A stretch of DNA of 64,000 nt from Gammaproteobacteria bacterium (GCA_003695825.1 RFHK01000021.1:642-64641); one strand, 5' to 3'. Positions 11,064 through 22,137 are shown, numbered from the stretch's first letter. Numbers and translations are program-made. The notes: generated by a model not told the origin, from the letters alone.

Positions 11064-11300
11064 TCAGCGTTCGAAGCCCGCACACGAACAGCGGGCACTC
11101 AGATAGAGCTGGTGGCGCACGCAGATCCCGTCCTCGGCACGTACCGAGGCCCGCGCCGATCCCATCACCTGCAGGCCGGGCAGAACGGCCTCCAGGTAAT
11201 CGGCATCGTTGCGGAAGTGCCGGCAGTGGCGGCAGACCGGTGCGCCGCGCCGGCGCCCGGCCTGCCGTCCTCCAGCGGTGTGCGTACCCGGTTCAGCCAT
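11064..11300 (-). CDS. small Cys-rich protein (78 aa), family not recognised
   Basis: GC3-rich codons from PVCRHCRHFRNDADYLEAVLPGLQV onward. Five Cys (CxxC..C..CxC). Its ATG overlaps the upstream YeiH-type gene's 3' end by 8 nt (11293-11300), suggesting translational coupling. Confidence 0.45.
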   Translation of the reverse strand: MAEPGTHTAGGRQAGRRRGAPVCRHCRHFRNDADYLEAVLPGLQVMGSARASVRAEDGICVRHQLYLSARCSCAGFER

Positions 11301-12729
11301 GGCTGAGATGCGACCAGTAACCGGAGAAGACCACCACCGAGAGCACGAAACCGAGCAGCACGTTCACCACCACGCCGGTCGTGAAGGCCGTGAAGGGACG
11401 GATACCGGCGGCGGCCAGCTCGCGGAAGCGGGTGGTGAGCCCGATGGAGAAGAAGCAGAAGATGAAGGCCCAGGTCCGCAGCGTCTTGACCGGACCGACC
11501 AGCTCCGGCTTCACCACCTTGTTGTACTCGGCGAAGCTGTAGCCCTTGGAGATGAGCGTGATGATGATGGAGGCGAGCACGAAGCCGATGACGAACTTCG
11601 GGAAACGCCACCAGATCTCGGCGGGGTTGGGCTCCTGGCCCGCCTTGCGCTCCCACTTGAGCGTGGAGATGAGCGCGAGCACGAAGGCCCAGATGCCGAT
11701 CCAGATGTCGCGGCCGACGACCTTCATCAGGGTGAAGGCCCAGACCGCATCGTCCTGGGTACCCTGGATCCCCGGCAGGTTCTCGGCCAGCGAACCATAG
11801 GCCTGGGCGGCGGCGAAGCCGGCGGCATCGGCGAACTCGGAAGTGCCCACCCAGGCCCCGGCGATACCCGCGTGCAGCCCGAGGGCACGCGAGACCAGCG
11901 GCAGGAAGAAGATCATCACGATGGCCCAGAGGATCACCAGCGTGATTGCGATGGGGGCATGTTCCTTGCGTGCACCCACCGCCCCGGCGATGGCGATGGC
12001 CCCCGAGACGCCGCACACGGCACCACCCGCGCCGAGCGTGGCGCCCAGGCGGCGATCGAGCCCCAGCTTCTTCGCCGTGAAGTAGATGGTCAGGAAGGTG
12101 GCGATCGAGACGATCGAGGCCTGCACGATCGCCACCGGCCCTGCCCAGACGATGAGCGTGAACGGCAGGGTGGCCCCCAGCAGCACGATACCGATCTTGA
12201 TGTAAAACTCGACCCGAAAGCCGGTGTCCATCCACCGGGGCAGGCCGATGAGGTTGGAGATCAGCATACCGAGCACCAGGGCCACCAGCGGTGGCTCGAG
12301 ATTGTAGTGATGGGCATGGGTCCAGGCCCCCACCATGAAGATGAGGATGGAGAACACGAAGACGAACACGAACGAGGGGATGAACTCCCCGAGCCGGTAG
12401 CCCATCGCTTTCACGGCCACGGAGAACACGACCAGCCACATCACGAACATGGCCAGGTACTGGGGCAGGTGGTCAATGAAATGCGACAGGGCCTGGCCCA
12501 GGTGCTCCCAGCGTGCCGGCTTGATGGCGATCCACCGGATCGAGGCATCATTGAGGAAGAAGGCCACGGCCACGAGCACGATGCCGAGCCCCACCCAGAT
12601 CGCCCACCAGTCCTCCTTGAGCCAGAGTTCCTTCCAGCCCACGTGGCCGACGCGAAGGTCGTCCGCCTCCTCGTCCCATTCCGCCTCGGTGGGTGTCAAC
12701 TCCACGTCGTCTTTCTTTTTCTCCGTCAT
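11293..12729 (-). CDS. YeiH/UPF0324-family membrane transporter (putative sulfate-exporter family) with an acidic N-terminal extension
   Basis: 478 aa, polytopic. LGATLGAGGAVCGVSGAIAIAGAVGA motif typical of YeiH-type proteins. Confidence 0.75.
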   Translation of the reverse strand: MTEKKKDDVELTPTEAEWDEEADDLRVGHVGWKELWLKEDWWAIWVGLGIVLVAVAFFLNDASIRWIAIKPARWEHLGQALSHFIDHLPQYLAMFVMWLVVFSVAVKAMGYRLGEFIPSFVFVFVFSILIFMVGAWTHAHHYNLEPPLVALVLGMLISNLIGLPRWMDTGFRVEFYIKIGIVLLGATLPFTLIVWAGPVAIVQASIVSIATFLTIYFTAKKLGLDRRLGATLGAGGAVCGVSGAIAIAGAVGARKEHAPIAITLVILWAIVMIFFLPLVSRALGLHAGIAGAWVGTSEFADAAGFAAAQAYGSLAENLPGIQGTQDDAVWAFTLMKVVGRDIWIGIWAFVLALISTLKWERKAGQEPNPAEIWWRFPKFVIGFVLASIIITLISKGYSFAEYNKVVKPELVGPVKTLRTWAFIFCFFSIGLTTRFRELAAAGIRPFTAFTTGVVVNVLLGFVLSVVVFSGYWSHLSHG

Positions 12730-12970
12730 CAGGATCCCCCTCCATCACAACGGTTCCACGGTACATCTCGATCGATGCATGTCCCTGCCCGCAGGGCAGT
12801 GCTTAGATTCCTAGCATGTACAGGGAAAAAAGCAAGCCCTGCAACTGGATCCGGGCCATGCGCCCACCGGGAGAAGCAGACGCAGGAAGCGTCCCGGGTT
12901 GCGTACGACGTCGATCGAAAGGGGCGGGTGTCGCCTAAGCCAGGGCGACTGCAGGATCCGGACTGGGGGG

Positions 12971-13046
12971 TGGTGGGCCGTGTAGGACTCGAACCTACGA
13001 CCAGCCGGTTAAAAGCCGGATGCTCTACCAACTGAGCTAACGGCCC
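12971..13046 (-). tRNA. tRNA-Lys (anticodon UUU)
   Basis: Minus strand reads GGGCCGTTAGCTCAGTTGGTAGAGCATCCGGCTTTTAACCGGCTGGTCGTAGGTTCGAGTCCTACACGGCCCACCA. Perfect 7-bp acceptor stem, D and T arms, CUUUUAA anticodon loop, encoded CCA. Confidence 0.93.
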
Positions 13047-13104
13047 GGAGGGGCGCACATGATACCCTCCCCGTCCCGGCACGCCAAGCCGTCGGCGGCC
13101 GGCG

Positions 13105-14328
13105 TCAGAGGGCCTCGAGCCGGCGCAGTCCGGAGGGCAGCAGGCGCAGGTCCACCAACCCGGTCAACAGGGCGTCGAGGAAGCTCGCGTCCTCGTAGAG
13201 CATGCGGTAGTACTCGACCTTCATGGTCAGTGCACTACCCAGAATGATGCTGCCCAGGGTCAGGAAGGAACCGAGCGCGAGCGTCGAGACGCCGGTGATG
13301 CCCTGCCCGAAGGTACAGCCCATGCCCAGCACGCCGCCGATCCCCATGAGCACGCCGCCGACGGCGTGGCGCACGAAGTCTTTGACGCTGGCGAACCACT
13401 CGATGCGGAAATTGCGCGAGAGGACGGCATAGAGGAAAGAACCCACCATGACGCCGGCACCGGCCATCATGCCGAAGCTGACCAGTACGTTGGCGAAACC
13501 GCCGTCGATCCAGTGCACCAGGTCACCGGCCGGCGAGACGAAGGTGTAGGATTGGGCGGCCACGTGCAGGGGCGGCTGGTCCATGAACTCGGCCTCCTCC
13601 ATCCAGGACTGGCCGAGCGGGCCGGCCGTCACGTACCAGGCCGCGACGATGGCCAGTCCCACCACGGCCCCGCCCAGGACGTTGTCGAACCGCCCCCGGA
13701 AATCGGGCGAACGGAAGACCCACACCAGGAGCGCGAAACCGAGCACGCCGGCGGCCGCGTAGCGCAGCTTGAGCGCGTCCACGGGGAGCACGGCGGCGAG
13801 CAGGTGGCCCAGTCCCTGGCTGCCGATCCCGTGCGCGGAGAGGTCGATGAACAGGGGCTGCATCCAGGAAAGGAAGACGGTGCTCATGAAATTGGTGTAC
13901 ATCATCAGGTAGGCGAAGAGCGCCATGAAGAGCAGCACCACCACGGATTTCAGGTTGCCGCCCCCGATGCGCAGGAACGTCTTGTTGCCGCAACCGCTGC
14001 CCAGGGTCATGCCGATGCCGAACAGGAAACCGCCCAGCAGGTAGCGTGGCCAGGCGAACATGGGCGTGCGGTAGGGCGGAAAGGCCTCGCTGCCGCTGAC
14101 GGCCAGCGACGGGCTCACCTTGCCGGACCACTGGAGCACCAGCACACCGAGGATGGCCACGGCCATGGCGAACACCCAGGCGCGAATGCGCCCGGTATCA
14201 CCCATGTTGACCAGGTCCGAGACGGCACCCATGGTGCAGAAGTTGGTCTTGTGGGCGACGGCACCCATGACCGCGGCGATGGCGAAGCCCCAGAGCAGTA
14301 CCTGTACGGTGACGGGAAGGGATTCCAT
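13105..14328 (-). CDS. YeeE/YedE-family sulfur-compound (thiosulfate-type) transporter, two-domain form
   Basis: 407 aa from MESLPVTV (ATG 14328, GGAGGA RBS). Duplicated signature Cys motifs (NFCTMGAVSD, GSGCGNKT, GMGCTFGQG). The 726-aa track ORF is a read-through artefact. Confidence 0.85.
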   Translation of the reverse strand: MESLPVTVQVLLWGFAIAAVMGAVAHKTNFCTMGAVSDLVNMGDTGRIRAWVFAMAVAILGVLVLQWSGKVSPSLAVSGSEAFPPYRTPMFAWPRYLLGGFLFGIGMTLGSGCGNKTFLRIGGGNLKSVVVLLFMALFAYLMMYTNFMSTVFLSWMQPLFIDLSAHGIGSQGLGHLLAAVLPVDALKLRYAAAGVLGFALLVWVFRSPDFRGRFDNVLGGAVVGLAIVAAWYVTAGPLGQSWMEEAEFMDQPPLHVAAQSYTFVSPAGDLVHWIDGGFANVLVSFGMMAGAGVMVGSFLYAVLSRNFRIEWFASVKDFVRHAVGGVLMGIGGVLGMGCTFGQGITGVSTLALGSFLTLGSIILGSALTMKVEYYRMLYEDASFLDALLTGLVDLRLLPSGLRRLEAL

Positions 14329-14381
14329 GATTCCTCCTCCAGAATTGCGTGTGTGCTCGATGCCGCCGATCGCGCCGGCGG

Positions 14382-15089
14382 TCATTCGGTAGCTGGCGTC
14401 TCTCGGTAACGCGTGGGGTCGGGCAGGCCCGCGCGGCGGAATCCCGCGGCCCGCAAGCGGCAACTGTCGCACCGCCCGCACGCCCGCCCGGCCTCGTCCG
14501 CCTGGTAACAGGAGACGGTCAGGCTGTAGTCTACCCCCAACGCGGTCCCGCGCCGAATGATCTCTTCCTTGCGCAGGCCGATGAGGGGGGCACGGATGCG
14601 AAACCCCTCGCCCTCCACACCTTCCCGGGTGGCCAGATTGGCAAGACGCTGGAAGGCCTCGATGTATTCCGGCCGGCAGTCGGGATACCCGGAATAGTCC
14701 ACGGCATTGACGCCCACGAAGATGTCGTGGGCGCCGAGCACCTCCGCCCAGCCGAGCGCCAAGGCCAGGAAAACGGTGTTGCGTGCCGGGACATAGGTGG
14801 GTGGGATCCCGGAGGTGGGCGTCTCGGGCACGGGGATGTCGGGATCCGTCAGGGCCGAGCCGCCGATGGCCGAGAGGTCCAGCGGGATGACCAGATGCTG
14901 CACCGCGCCCAGCCGAGCGGCCACCCGCCGTGCCGCTTCCAGTTCGGCGGCGTGGCGCTGCCCGTAGTCGATGCTCAGGGCGTGGCAGGCGAAGCCCTCC
15001 GCGCGAGCGATGGCCAGCGTGGTGGCCGAGTCCAGGCCGCCGGAGAGCAGCACCACGGCCTTGGGTTGCTGCGAGGGCGTTGTGTTCAT
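14382..15089 (-). CDS. queC: 7-cyano-7-deazaguanine synthase QueC
   Basis: [18 protein letters not shown]-loop, SIDYGQRH, and a C-terminal Zn cluster CYQ..CGRCDSC. Start at MNTTPSQ (15089). Confidence 0.93.
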   Translation of the reverse strand: MNTTPSQQPKAVVLLSGGLDSATTLAIARAEGFACHALSIDYGQRHAAELEAARRVAARLGAVQHLVIPLDLSAIGGSALTDPDIPVPETPTSGIPPTYVPARNTVFLALALGWAEVLGAHDIFVGVNAVDYSGYPDCRPEYIEAFQRLANLATREGVEGEGFRIRAPLIGLRKEEIIRRGTALGVDYSLTVSCYQADEAGRACGRCDSCRLRAAGFRRAGLPDPTRYRETPATE

Positions 15090-15718
15090 CGTCCCGGTTC
15101 CTCCCCCCAGAGCAGCTTGTGGAGCTGGACCTGCAGGCGCGCATCCAGCCCGTCCTCGAGGATCCACTCGGCGAGCTCGCGCGGCTCGAGCCGGCCCCAG
15201 GCCGGGGAGAACAGCACCTGGCAGATCGCGGGAAGACCGAATTCCGCCATGCGTGCCTTCGCCCACTCGTAGTCGGCCCGGTCACAGACCACGAACTTGA
15301 CCTGGTCCTCCGGCCGCAGGTGCTCGAGGTTCTCGTAGCGGTTGCGGTCCACCTCGCCCGAACCCGGGGTCTTGAGATCCATCACCTTGACCACCCGCGG
15401 ATCGACCCCTGCGAGTGGCAGGGCCCCGCCGGTCTCGAGCGACACCCGGTAACCGGCATCGCACAGGGCCGTCAGCAGCGGCAGGCAGCCCTTCTGGGCG
15501 AGGGGCTCTCCACCGGTGACCGTCACGTGGCGCACCGGCCAGCGCCGCACCGCGTCGAGGATCTCCGCCACCCGCATCCGGCGCCCACCCGAGAAGGCAT
15601 AGGGCGTATCGCAATAGCGACAACGCAGGGGACAGCCGGTCAGGCGCACGAACACGGTGGGCCAGCCGACGCTGTCGGCCTCGCCTTGCAGGGACCGGAA
15701 GATCTCGGTGACGCGCAC
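15086..15718 (-). CDS. queE: 7-carboxy-7-deazaguanine synthase QueE (radical SAM)
   Basis: [38 protein letters not shown]. 4-nt ATGA overlap with queC. GTG start at 15718 is preferred. An alternative TTG at 15754 would overlap the cpoB stop. Confidence 0.88.
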   Translation of the reverse strand: MRVTEIFRSLQGEADSVGWPTVFVRLTGCPLRCRYCDTPYAFSGGRRMRVAEILDAVRRWPVRHVTVTGGEPLAQKGCLPLLTALCDAGYRVSLETGGALPLAGVDPRVVKVMDLKTPGSGEVDRNRYENLEHLRPEDQVKFVVCDRADYEWAKARMAEFGLPAICQVLFSPAWGRLEPRELAEWILEDGLDARLQVQLHKLLWGEEPGR

Positions 15719-15750
15719 CTCCGGGTCGGTGCGGCGCCGCGGGGTGTCGT

Positions 15751-16539
15751 TCAATGTCCCTCGCGCTTCATGCGGTCCAGGCGGCGGGCCGCCAACCGGG
15801 CGGCCGTGGTGCCCGGGTAGCGCCCGACCACGGCCTCCAGGGTGCGGCGCGCCGCATCCCACTGCTTCTTCTCGTATTGCACGAACCCGATCTTGAGCAG
15901 GGCATCCGGCACCTTGGGGCTGTCCGGGTAGTCCTGCACGACCTTGGTGAACTCGGCCAGGGCCCGGTCGTAGTCCCGGCTCACGTACCAGGTCTCGCCG
16001 AGCCAGTACTGGGCGTTGTCCGAGTAGGGGTTGCGCGGGTAGCGGGCCAGGAAGTCGGTGAACGCCTGGGCGGCCTCGGCGTAACGTCCGTCGTGGAGAA
16101 TCGCCAGGGCCTTCTCGTAGGCGGCGCGGATCGCCTCCGGCGTGGCCCCCTGGCCCCCGGTCCCACCCGGGGCCTGGGGCGCGCCGGCCGCCGGGGCCGC
16201 GGTGGAGTTCGCAGGCGTCGCGGCCGGTGCCGTGGGCAAGGTGCGGGCGGCCTCCAGGGCCTGCAGGCGCCGGTCGATGTCGAGGTAGAGGTCGTGCTGG
16301 CGCTTGCGCAGCTGCTCGAGGGCATGGCCCTGCATCTCCACCTCGCCACGCAGTTCCCGCACCTCGCGCTGCAGGGCGTCGAGCGTGTTCATCATCTCGA
16401 TGAGCGCCCCCGAGTCGAGCCGCTGCTCGAGCTTCGTGACCCGGGCCTCGAGGTCCCCCTGCCCGGCCGGCGCGGTGCCGGCCAGGCCCCAGCCCAGCCC
16501 CAGGAGGAGGACCAGGCCCGCTGCATGCTTAGGGTTCAT
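15751..16539 (-). CDS. cpoB: Tol-Pal system protein CpoB (YbgF)
   Basis: Signal peptide, N-terminal coiled coil (LEARVTKLEQRLDS..LQREVRELRGEVE), C-terminal TPR (YPDSPKVPDALLKIGFVQYEK). Located after pal. Confidence 0.88.
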   Translation of the reverse strand: MNPKHAAGLVLLLGLGWGLAGTAPAGQGDLEARVTKLEQRLDSGALIEMMNTLDALQREVRELRGEVEMQGHALEQLRKRQHDLYLDIDRRLQALEAARTLPTAPAATPANSTAAPAAGAPQAPGGTGGQGATPEAIRAAYEKALAILHDGRYAEAAQAFTDFLARYPRNPYSDNAQYWLGETWYVSRDYDRALAEFTKVVQDYPDSPKVPDALLKIGFVQYEKKQWDAARRTLEAVVGRYPGTTAARLAARRLDRMKREGH

Positions 16540-17134
16540 CGCGCTTCTGTCCTGGCATTACGTAGACGATCTCCACCCGGCGGTTCTTCGCCCAGGCGGC
16601 CTCGTTGTGCCCGGGATCGGCCGGTTTCTCCTCGCCGTAGCTCACCGTCTCGATCTGGCTCGGAGAGGCCCCCATGAACTCGAGCAACCGGGCCACCGCC
16701 TTGGCGCGCCGCTCGCCGAGACCGATATTGTATTCGCGCGAGCCCCGCTCGTCGGTATGCCCCTCCAGGATCACCCGTACCTGCGGATTGGCTGACAGGT
16801 AGCTGGCATGGGCGGCCAGGATCTCCCGGTCGGCGTCCTTGACTTCCGCGCTGTCGAAATCGAAGTAGATGGTACGGTGCGAGAGGGGGCTCGCCGGGTT
16901 GTCGATGGACATGCCCTGGAAGCGCGGCGCGCCCCCGGCCCCGGAGGTCCGGGCACCCGCCTCCGGTTGCGCCGCCCCGGCCGGGCCGCCGCCCGGTGCG
17001 GGCGCCGGGGCCGCCTCGACCACTTCTGCAGGCGCACCGCCCCCGGCCCGGGGGGTCACGCCCATGCCGGTACAGCCGGCAAGCCACACCAAGACCAGCC
17101 CGATCCCTGCCAGCACCGTCGTGCGTATACTCAT
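16529..17134 (-). CDS. pal: peptidoglycan-associated lipoprotein Pal
   Basis: Lipobox LAGC. OmpA-like domain (IYFDFDSAEVKD..ILEGHTDERGSREYNIGLGERRA..). Confidence 0.92.
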   Translation of the reverse strand: MSIRTTVLAGIGLVLVWLAGCTGMGVTPRAGGGAPAEVVEAAPAPAPGGGPAGAAQPEAGARTSGAGGAPRFQGMSIDNPASPLSHRTIYFDFDSAEVKDADREILAAHASYLSANPQVRVILEGHTDERGSREYNIGLGERRAKAVARLLEFMGASPSQIETVSYGEEKPADPGHNEAAWAKNRRVEIVYVMPGQKRDEP

Positions 17135-17182
17135 CTCCCTCTCCTGCGTTGCGATTGGACCATTCCCTTGCCGTGCCGGGCC

Positions 17183-18493
17183 TCACCGTTTCTCGAACGG
17201 CGACCAGGCCGGCTCCCGCACGTCCCCGGCCTGGAAACGCAACCGCTGGCTCACGCGCCCGTCCACCGAGACGGCGGCCAGCACGCCGCGCCCACGGTAC
17301 TCGGTCGCATAGAGCACCATGCTGCCGTTGGGCGCGAAGCTCGGCGACTCGTCGAGCACACCGTCGCTCAACATCCGCATCTCCCCGCTGCGGCGATCGA
17401 GCAACGCGATGCGGAAGTGCCCGGCGGCATCACGGTGCACGAAGACGAGGCGTCGGCCGTCGGGCGAGATGTCCGCGCTCGAATTGTAATCACCCTCGAA
17501 GGTGAGCCGGCGCGCCCGCCCGCCATCGAGCGGGATGCGATAGAGCTGGGGCCCGCCGCCGCGGTCGGACGTGAAGATGATGGCACGGCCGTCGGGCTCC
17601 CAGACCGGCTCGGTGTCGATCGCCGGATCGTGCGTGAGGCGCCGGCGCCGGCCGGTCCGCAGGTCGAGGACGTAGATCTCGGGATTGCCGTCCCGGGAGA
17701 GGGTCAGGGCCAGCCGGGTACCGTCCGGCGACCAGGCCGGGGCACCATTGATCCCCTTGTCCCGGGAGACCTCGGTACGGCGGCCGGTGGCCACCTCCTG
17801 GACGTAGACGGCGGCATGGCGACCCTCGAAGGAGACGTAGGCCAGACGCCGCCCGTCCGGTGACCAGGCCGGCGAGAGGAGCGGCTCGGTGGAGGTGACG
17901 ATGGTGCGCTGCCCGTACCCGTCGGCATCGGCCACCTGCAGGCGGTAGCGCCGCTTCTTGCCCTTGCCGGTCACGGTCACGTAGGCGATGCGGGTCTGGA
18001 AGGCCCCCCGTTCTCCGGTCAGCGCCTCGTAGACCACGTCACTGACGTAATGGGCGGCCTGGCGCAGGTGCGCGGTCGTCACGGCCAGGCTGTAGCCGGC
18101 CAGCTGGCTGCCCCGGATGGTGTCGAAGAGCTGGAACTCCAGGCGCAGGCGTCCCTTGCCCAGGGGCAGGAGACGCCCCACCAGCAGGCTGCCTACGCCC
18201 ATCAGCCGCCAGTCGCGGAAATTGACCTCGTTGCCCCGCGTGGGCCGGGAGATCAGTTCCTTTCTCGGCAGGGGCGCGAAACGGCCGCTGCGGGCGAGGT
18301 CCGCGGCCACCACGGCGGCGACGTCCACCGGGGGCGGCTGCCCCTTGCCCGTCCAACCGAAGGGAACGATGGCGATGGGGGTGGCCCCCTCCACCCCGGA
18401 GGTGATCTCGATGGTCAGGCCGGCCCCGGCCCGCAGCGGGAGCCACAGGGCCCAGCCCAGCACCAGCAAAAGCGCGAGGCGTCTCGTCATCAC
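17183..18493 (-). CDS. tolB: Tol-Pal system beta-propeller protein TolB
   Basis: 436 aa. [21 protein letters not shown]-domain and repeated PAWSPDG propeller blades. Confidence 0.95.
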   Translation of the reverse strand: MMTRRLALLLVLGWALWLPLRAGAGLTIEITSGVEGATPIAIVPFGWTGKGQPPPVDVAAVVAADLARSGRFAPLPRKELISRPTRGNEVNFRDWRLMGVGSLLVGRLLPLGKGRLRLEFQLFDTIRGSQLAGYSLAVTTAHLRQAAHYVSDVVYEALTGERGAFQTRIAYVTVTGKGKKRRYRLQVADADGYGQRTIVTSTEPLLSPAWSPDGRRLAYVSFEGRHAAVYVQEVATGRRTEVSRDKGINGAPAWSPDGTRLALTLSRDGNPEIYVLDLRTGRRRRLTHDPAIDTEPVWEPDGRAIIFTSDRGGGPQLYRIPLDGGRARRLTFEGDYNSSADISPDGRRLVFVHRDAAGHFRIALLDRRSGEMRMLSDGVLDESPSFAPNGSMVLYATEYRGRGVLAAVSVDGRVSQRLRFQAGDVREPAWSPFEKR

Positions 18494-18512
18494 GGCACGA
18501 CTCCCGGCACCC

Positions 18513-19549
18513 TCATCGGCGCGGCTTCGGCGCGAATCGGAAGGTCAGATTGCGGAACCGCTCGAACAGTTCCCCGTTGGGCGGCAAGGGCAGGGGCGAG
18601 GCCAGCCCCACCGCCTCGATCACCGAGCGGTCGAAGGCCCGATCGCCGCTGCTCTCCACGATCCGTACGTCCGCCACCTCCCCGCCCGGGATCAACCGCA
18701 CCTGCACCACGCAGGCGAGCCCGTCGCGGCTGGTGGGCGGCTGGCGCCAGTTGCGTTCCACCTTGTCGCGGATGAGGGCCGTGTACTTGGCGATGAGCGC
18801 CTGTTCGCGGCGGGCGCGCTCGGCGGCCTCCATGGCGGCCCGTTCCTGTTCCAGGCGGCGGCGCAGGGCCTCCTCCTCGGCCCGGCGACGGGCCTCCTCC
18901 GCCCGACGACGGGCCTCCTCCGCCTTGCGGCGCGCTTCCTCGGCACGGCGTTTCTCCTCTTCCGCCCGCCGCTTGGCCTCCTCCGCCTTGCGACGCGCCT
19001 CCTCGGCCTGGCGCCGGGCCTCCGCCTCGGCCCGGCGCCTTTCTTCTTCCGCGCGCCGCTTCGCTTCTTCCGCGGCCTGGCGCTGGCGCTCGAGCTCGGC
19101 GAGCCGGCGGGCCTCTTCCTGGCGCCGGCGTTCCAGGGCCTCGCGCTCGGCCTTCAGCCGGGCCAGGCGCGCGGCCTCTTCCTGCTTCTTGCGCTCGAGT
19201 TCCGCCCGGCGGCGGGCCTCTTCCTCCCGCTGGCGGCGCAGGCGTTCCAGGCGGCGCTTCTCTTGCAGGCGACGGCGCTCGGCCTCCTTCGCCTTGCGCT
19301 CGAGTTCCGCGAGCCGCTGCTGCTCGGCGCGACGCTTGCGTGCCTCGAGCTCCTGCAGGCGCTGCATCTCCTTCTCGACCGCCGCCTCGTCCACCGCCAC
19401 GGCCTGCACGATCTTCTTCGCCTCGGGCACGGTCCCCAGGGAAGGATGGAGATTCCAGTCGATGCCCACCGACAGCAGGGCCAGCAGGCCCGCATGGATC
19501 ACCAGCGAGGCCAGGAAGGCCAGCGGATCTTCCCACAGCAGCCGGAACA

Positions 19550-19550
<1 letters not shown>
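18513..19550 (-). CDS. tolA: TolA
   Basis: N-terminal TM anchor ([18 protein letters not shown]), long E/R/A/K-rich helical domain II, conserved C-terminal domain. The ATG overlaps the tolR stop by 1 nt. Confidence 0.85.
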
Positions 19551-19978
<428 letters not shown>

Positions 19979-19988
19979 GGGCCGCCCC

Positions 19989-20663
19989 TCAGTGATGCAC
20001 CTGGCGGTGCAGGATGCTGGAGAACTCTTCCATGAAGATCTCGTAGCGGTTCATCAGCCGGTTGACGTCGTCGGAGAAGCGATTGTAGGCGACCACCGCC
20101 GGGATCGCGGCGAACAGTCCCATGGCCGTGGCCACCAGGGCCTCGGCGATGCCCGGGGCCACCATGCCCAGGGTGGCCTGGTGCACATTGCCGAGTGCCC
20201 GGAAGGAATTCATGATGCCCCAGACGGTCCCGAACAGCCCGATGTAGGGGCTGGTGGACCCCACGGTGGCGAGAAAGGAGAGGTTGCGCTCCAGCCGGTC
20301 CTCCTCGCGCTGCAGGGCCACGCGCATGGCCCGCTGGGCCCCCTCCAGGATGGCGCCGCGGTCGGCGCCGGGCTGGCGGCGCAGGCGCGAGAACTCGCGA
20401 AAGCCGGACTCGAAGATGTCGGCCATGCCGAGGGCATCGCGGTCGGAGGCCTTGACGTCGTTGTAGAGGGTGGCGAGGTCGCCGCCGGACCAGAACTGGC
20501 GTTCGAAACGCTGCATCTCGCGGTGCGCCCGCCCCAGCACCCGCCGCTTGTGCACGATCATGGTCCAGGAGACGACCGAGAGCAGCAGCAACAGGCCCAT
20601 GACCCCCTGGACGATGGGGCTGGCCCCCAGCACCAGGTGCACCAATGAGAGGTCAGTCTTCAT
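19989..20663 (-). CDS. tolQ: TolQ (MotA/ExbB family)
   Basis: 224 aa from MKTDLSLVHLVLGASPIVQGVM. LSFLATVGSTSPYIGLFGTVWGIM motif. Confidence 0.93.
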   Translation of the reverse strand: MKTDLSLVHLVLGASPIVQGVMGLLLLLSVVSWTMIVHKRRVLGRAHREMQRFERQFWSGGDLATLYNDVKASDRDALGMADIFESGFREFSRLRRQPGADRGAILEGAQRAMRVALQREEDRLERNLSFLATVGSTSPYIGLFGTVWGIMNSFRALGNVHQATLGMVAPGIAEALVATAMGLFAAIPAVVAYNRFSDDVNRLMNRYEIFMEEFSSILHRQVHH

Positions 20664-21078
20664 GAAGTCTCCTCGTGATGAACGCCGGCAGGGGCACCGG
20701 CCGGAAACGTTCCGCGTCCACGCACACCACGCGTACCCGACCCCTGCAACAGGGGGCCTGGGGCTCGTCCTCGGGCAGGACCGACTGCGCAAGCCCCAGG
20801 GCCGTGCGCCGTACTTCCTCGATGCGCACGGTGACCCGCAGCCGGGCATCCAGGCGGGCGGGACGCAGGTAGTCGATCTCGATACGATGCACGGCGAAGA
20901 GTATGCCCGGATCACGGGCCAGCGTGCTTTGATCCAGGCCAAGCCGGCGCAACCATTCGGTACGGGCACGCTCCATGTAGCGCAGGTAGTTGGCGTAGTA
21001 CACCACGCCGCCTGCGTCCGTGTCCTCGTAGTAGACCCGCACCGGCCAGGAAAATTCCCGCACCCCGTCCATGGGCAT
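20653..21078 (-). CDS. ybgC: Tol-Pal-associated acyl-CoA thioesterase YbgC (4HBT hot-dog fold)
   Basis: FSWPVRVYYEDTDAGGVVYYANYLRYMERARTEWLR. First gene of the tol cluster. Confidence 0.85.
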   Translation of the reverse strand: MPMDGVREFSWPVRVYYEDTDAGGVVYYANYLRYMERARTEWLRRLGLDQSTLARDPGILFAVHRIEIDYLRPARLDARLRVTVRIEEVRRTALGLAQSVLPEDEPQAPCCRGRVRVVCVDAERFRPVPLPAFITRRLHED

Positions 21079-21081
21079 GCC

Positions 21082-22137
21082 TCAGGCCTCGTCCCGGGAG
21101 TCGAACAGGGGCAGGGGGGCGTCCTCCCCGGGAGGTTCCAGGCCGAAATGCAGCCAGGCCCGGCGCGTGGCGACCCGGCCGCGGGCGGTGCGCATCATGA
21201 ATCCCTGCTGGATCAGGTAGGGTTCGATGACGTCCTCGATGGTCCCCTTTTCCTCCCCGATGGCGGCCGCCAGGCTGTCCACCCCCACCGGTCCGCCGCT
21301 GAACTTCTCCAGCAGCGTCCCCAGGAGGCGCCGGTCCATGTGGTCGAAACCGTGGCTGTCGACGTTGAGCAGGTCCATGGCCTGCTTCGCGATCTCGGCG
21401 TCGATGCGGCCGTCGCCCCGAACCTCGGCGTAGTCGCGCACCCGCCGCAGGAGCCGGTTGGCGATGCGCGGTGTCCCGCGCGAGCGCCGCGCGAGTTCCT
21501 GCGCACCGCCCTCGTCCAGCGGCACCCCGAGGATGCGGGCCGAGCGGGCCAGGATGCGCGCGAGCTCCTCCACCGAGTAGAACTCCAGCCGCTGGACGAT
21601 CCCGAAACGGTCGCGCAGCGGCGAGGTCAGAAGCCCGGCACGGGTGGTGGCACCGACCAGCGTGAACGGGGGCAGGTCGAGCTTGATCGAGCGCGCCGCC
21701 GGCCCCTCGCCGATGACGATGTCGAGCTGGTAGTCCTCCATGGCGGGGTAGAGGATCTCCTCCACCACCGGGCTGAGCCGGTGGATCTCGTCCACGAACA
21801 GGACGTCGTGGGGCTCGAGGTTGGTCAGCAGGGCCGCGAGGTCGCCAGGCTTCTCCAGCACCGGTCCGGAGGTCTGGCGCAGGCCGGCCCCCATCTCGTT
21901 GGCGATGATGTGCGCGAGCGTGGTCTTGCCGAGCCCGGGCGGCCCGAACAAGAGCACGTGATCGAGGGCCTCGCCGCGGGCGCGCGCGGCCCCGATGAAG
22001 ATCTCCATCTGCTCCCGCACGCGCGGCTGGCCCACGTATTCCGCCAGCCGCCGCGGGCGTACGGCCCGGTCGATGCGCACCTCTTCGGCCGAGGCCGCCT
22101 CCGGATCGACCAGGCGTCCTTCCGTGCCCGTGGTCAT
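21082..22137 (-). CDS. ruvB: Holliday junction helicase RuvB
   Basis: 351 aa from [21 protein letters not shown] Walker [27 protein letters not shown]. Confidence 0.97.
   Translation of the reverse strand: MTTGTEGRLVDPEAASAEEVRIDRAVRPRRLAEYVGQPRVREQMEIFIGAARARGEALDHVLLFGPPGLGKTTLAHIIANEMGAGLRQTSGPVLEKPGDLAALLTNLEPHDVLFVDEIHRLSPVVEEILYPAMEDYQLDIVIGEGPAARSIKLDLPPFTLVGATTRAGLLTSPLRDRFGIVQRLEFYSVEELARILARSARILGVPLDEGGAQELARRSRGTPRIANRLLRRVRDYAEVRGDGRIDAEIAKQAMDLLNVDSHGFDHMDRRLLGTLLEKFSGGPVGVDSLAAAIGEEKGTIEDVIEPYLIQQGFMMRTARGRVATRRAWLHFGLEPPGEDAPLPLFDSRDEA

Noticed and set aside
12730-13104. tRNA-Lys as a possible genomic-island integration site
   Set aside because: There is no integrase, no direct repeat of the tRNA 3' end and no mobility genes on either side. 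The neighbours are ordinary transporter genes with native-looking composition.
13105-15285. 726-aa minus-strand ORF fusing the YeeE-type gene with upstream sequence
   Set aside because: The upstream 319 codons run out of frame through queC and part of queE and are Arg/Gly/Pro-rich nonsense. A GGAGGA RBS and ATG at 14328 give a normal-length YeeE protein.
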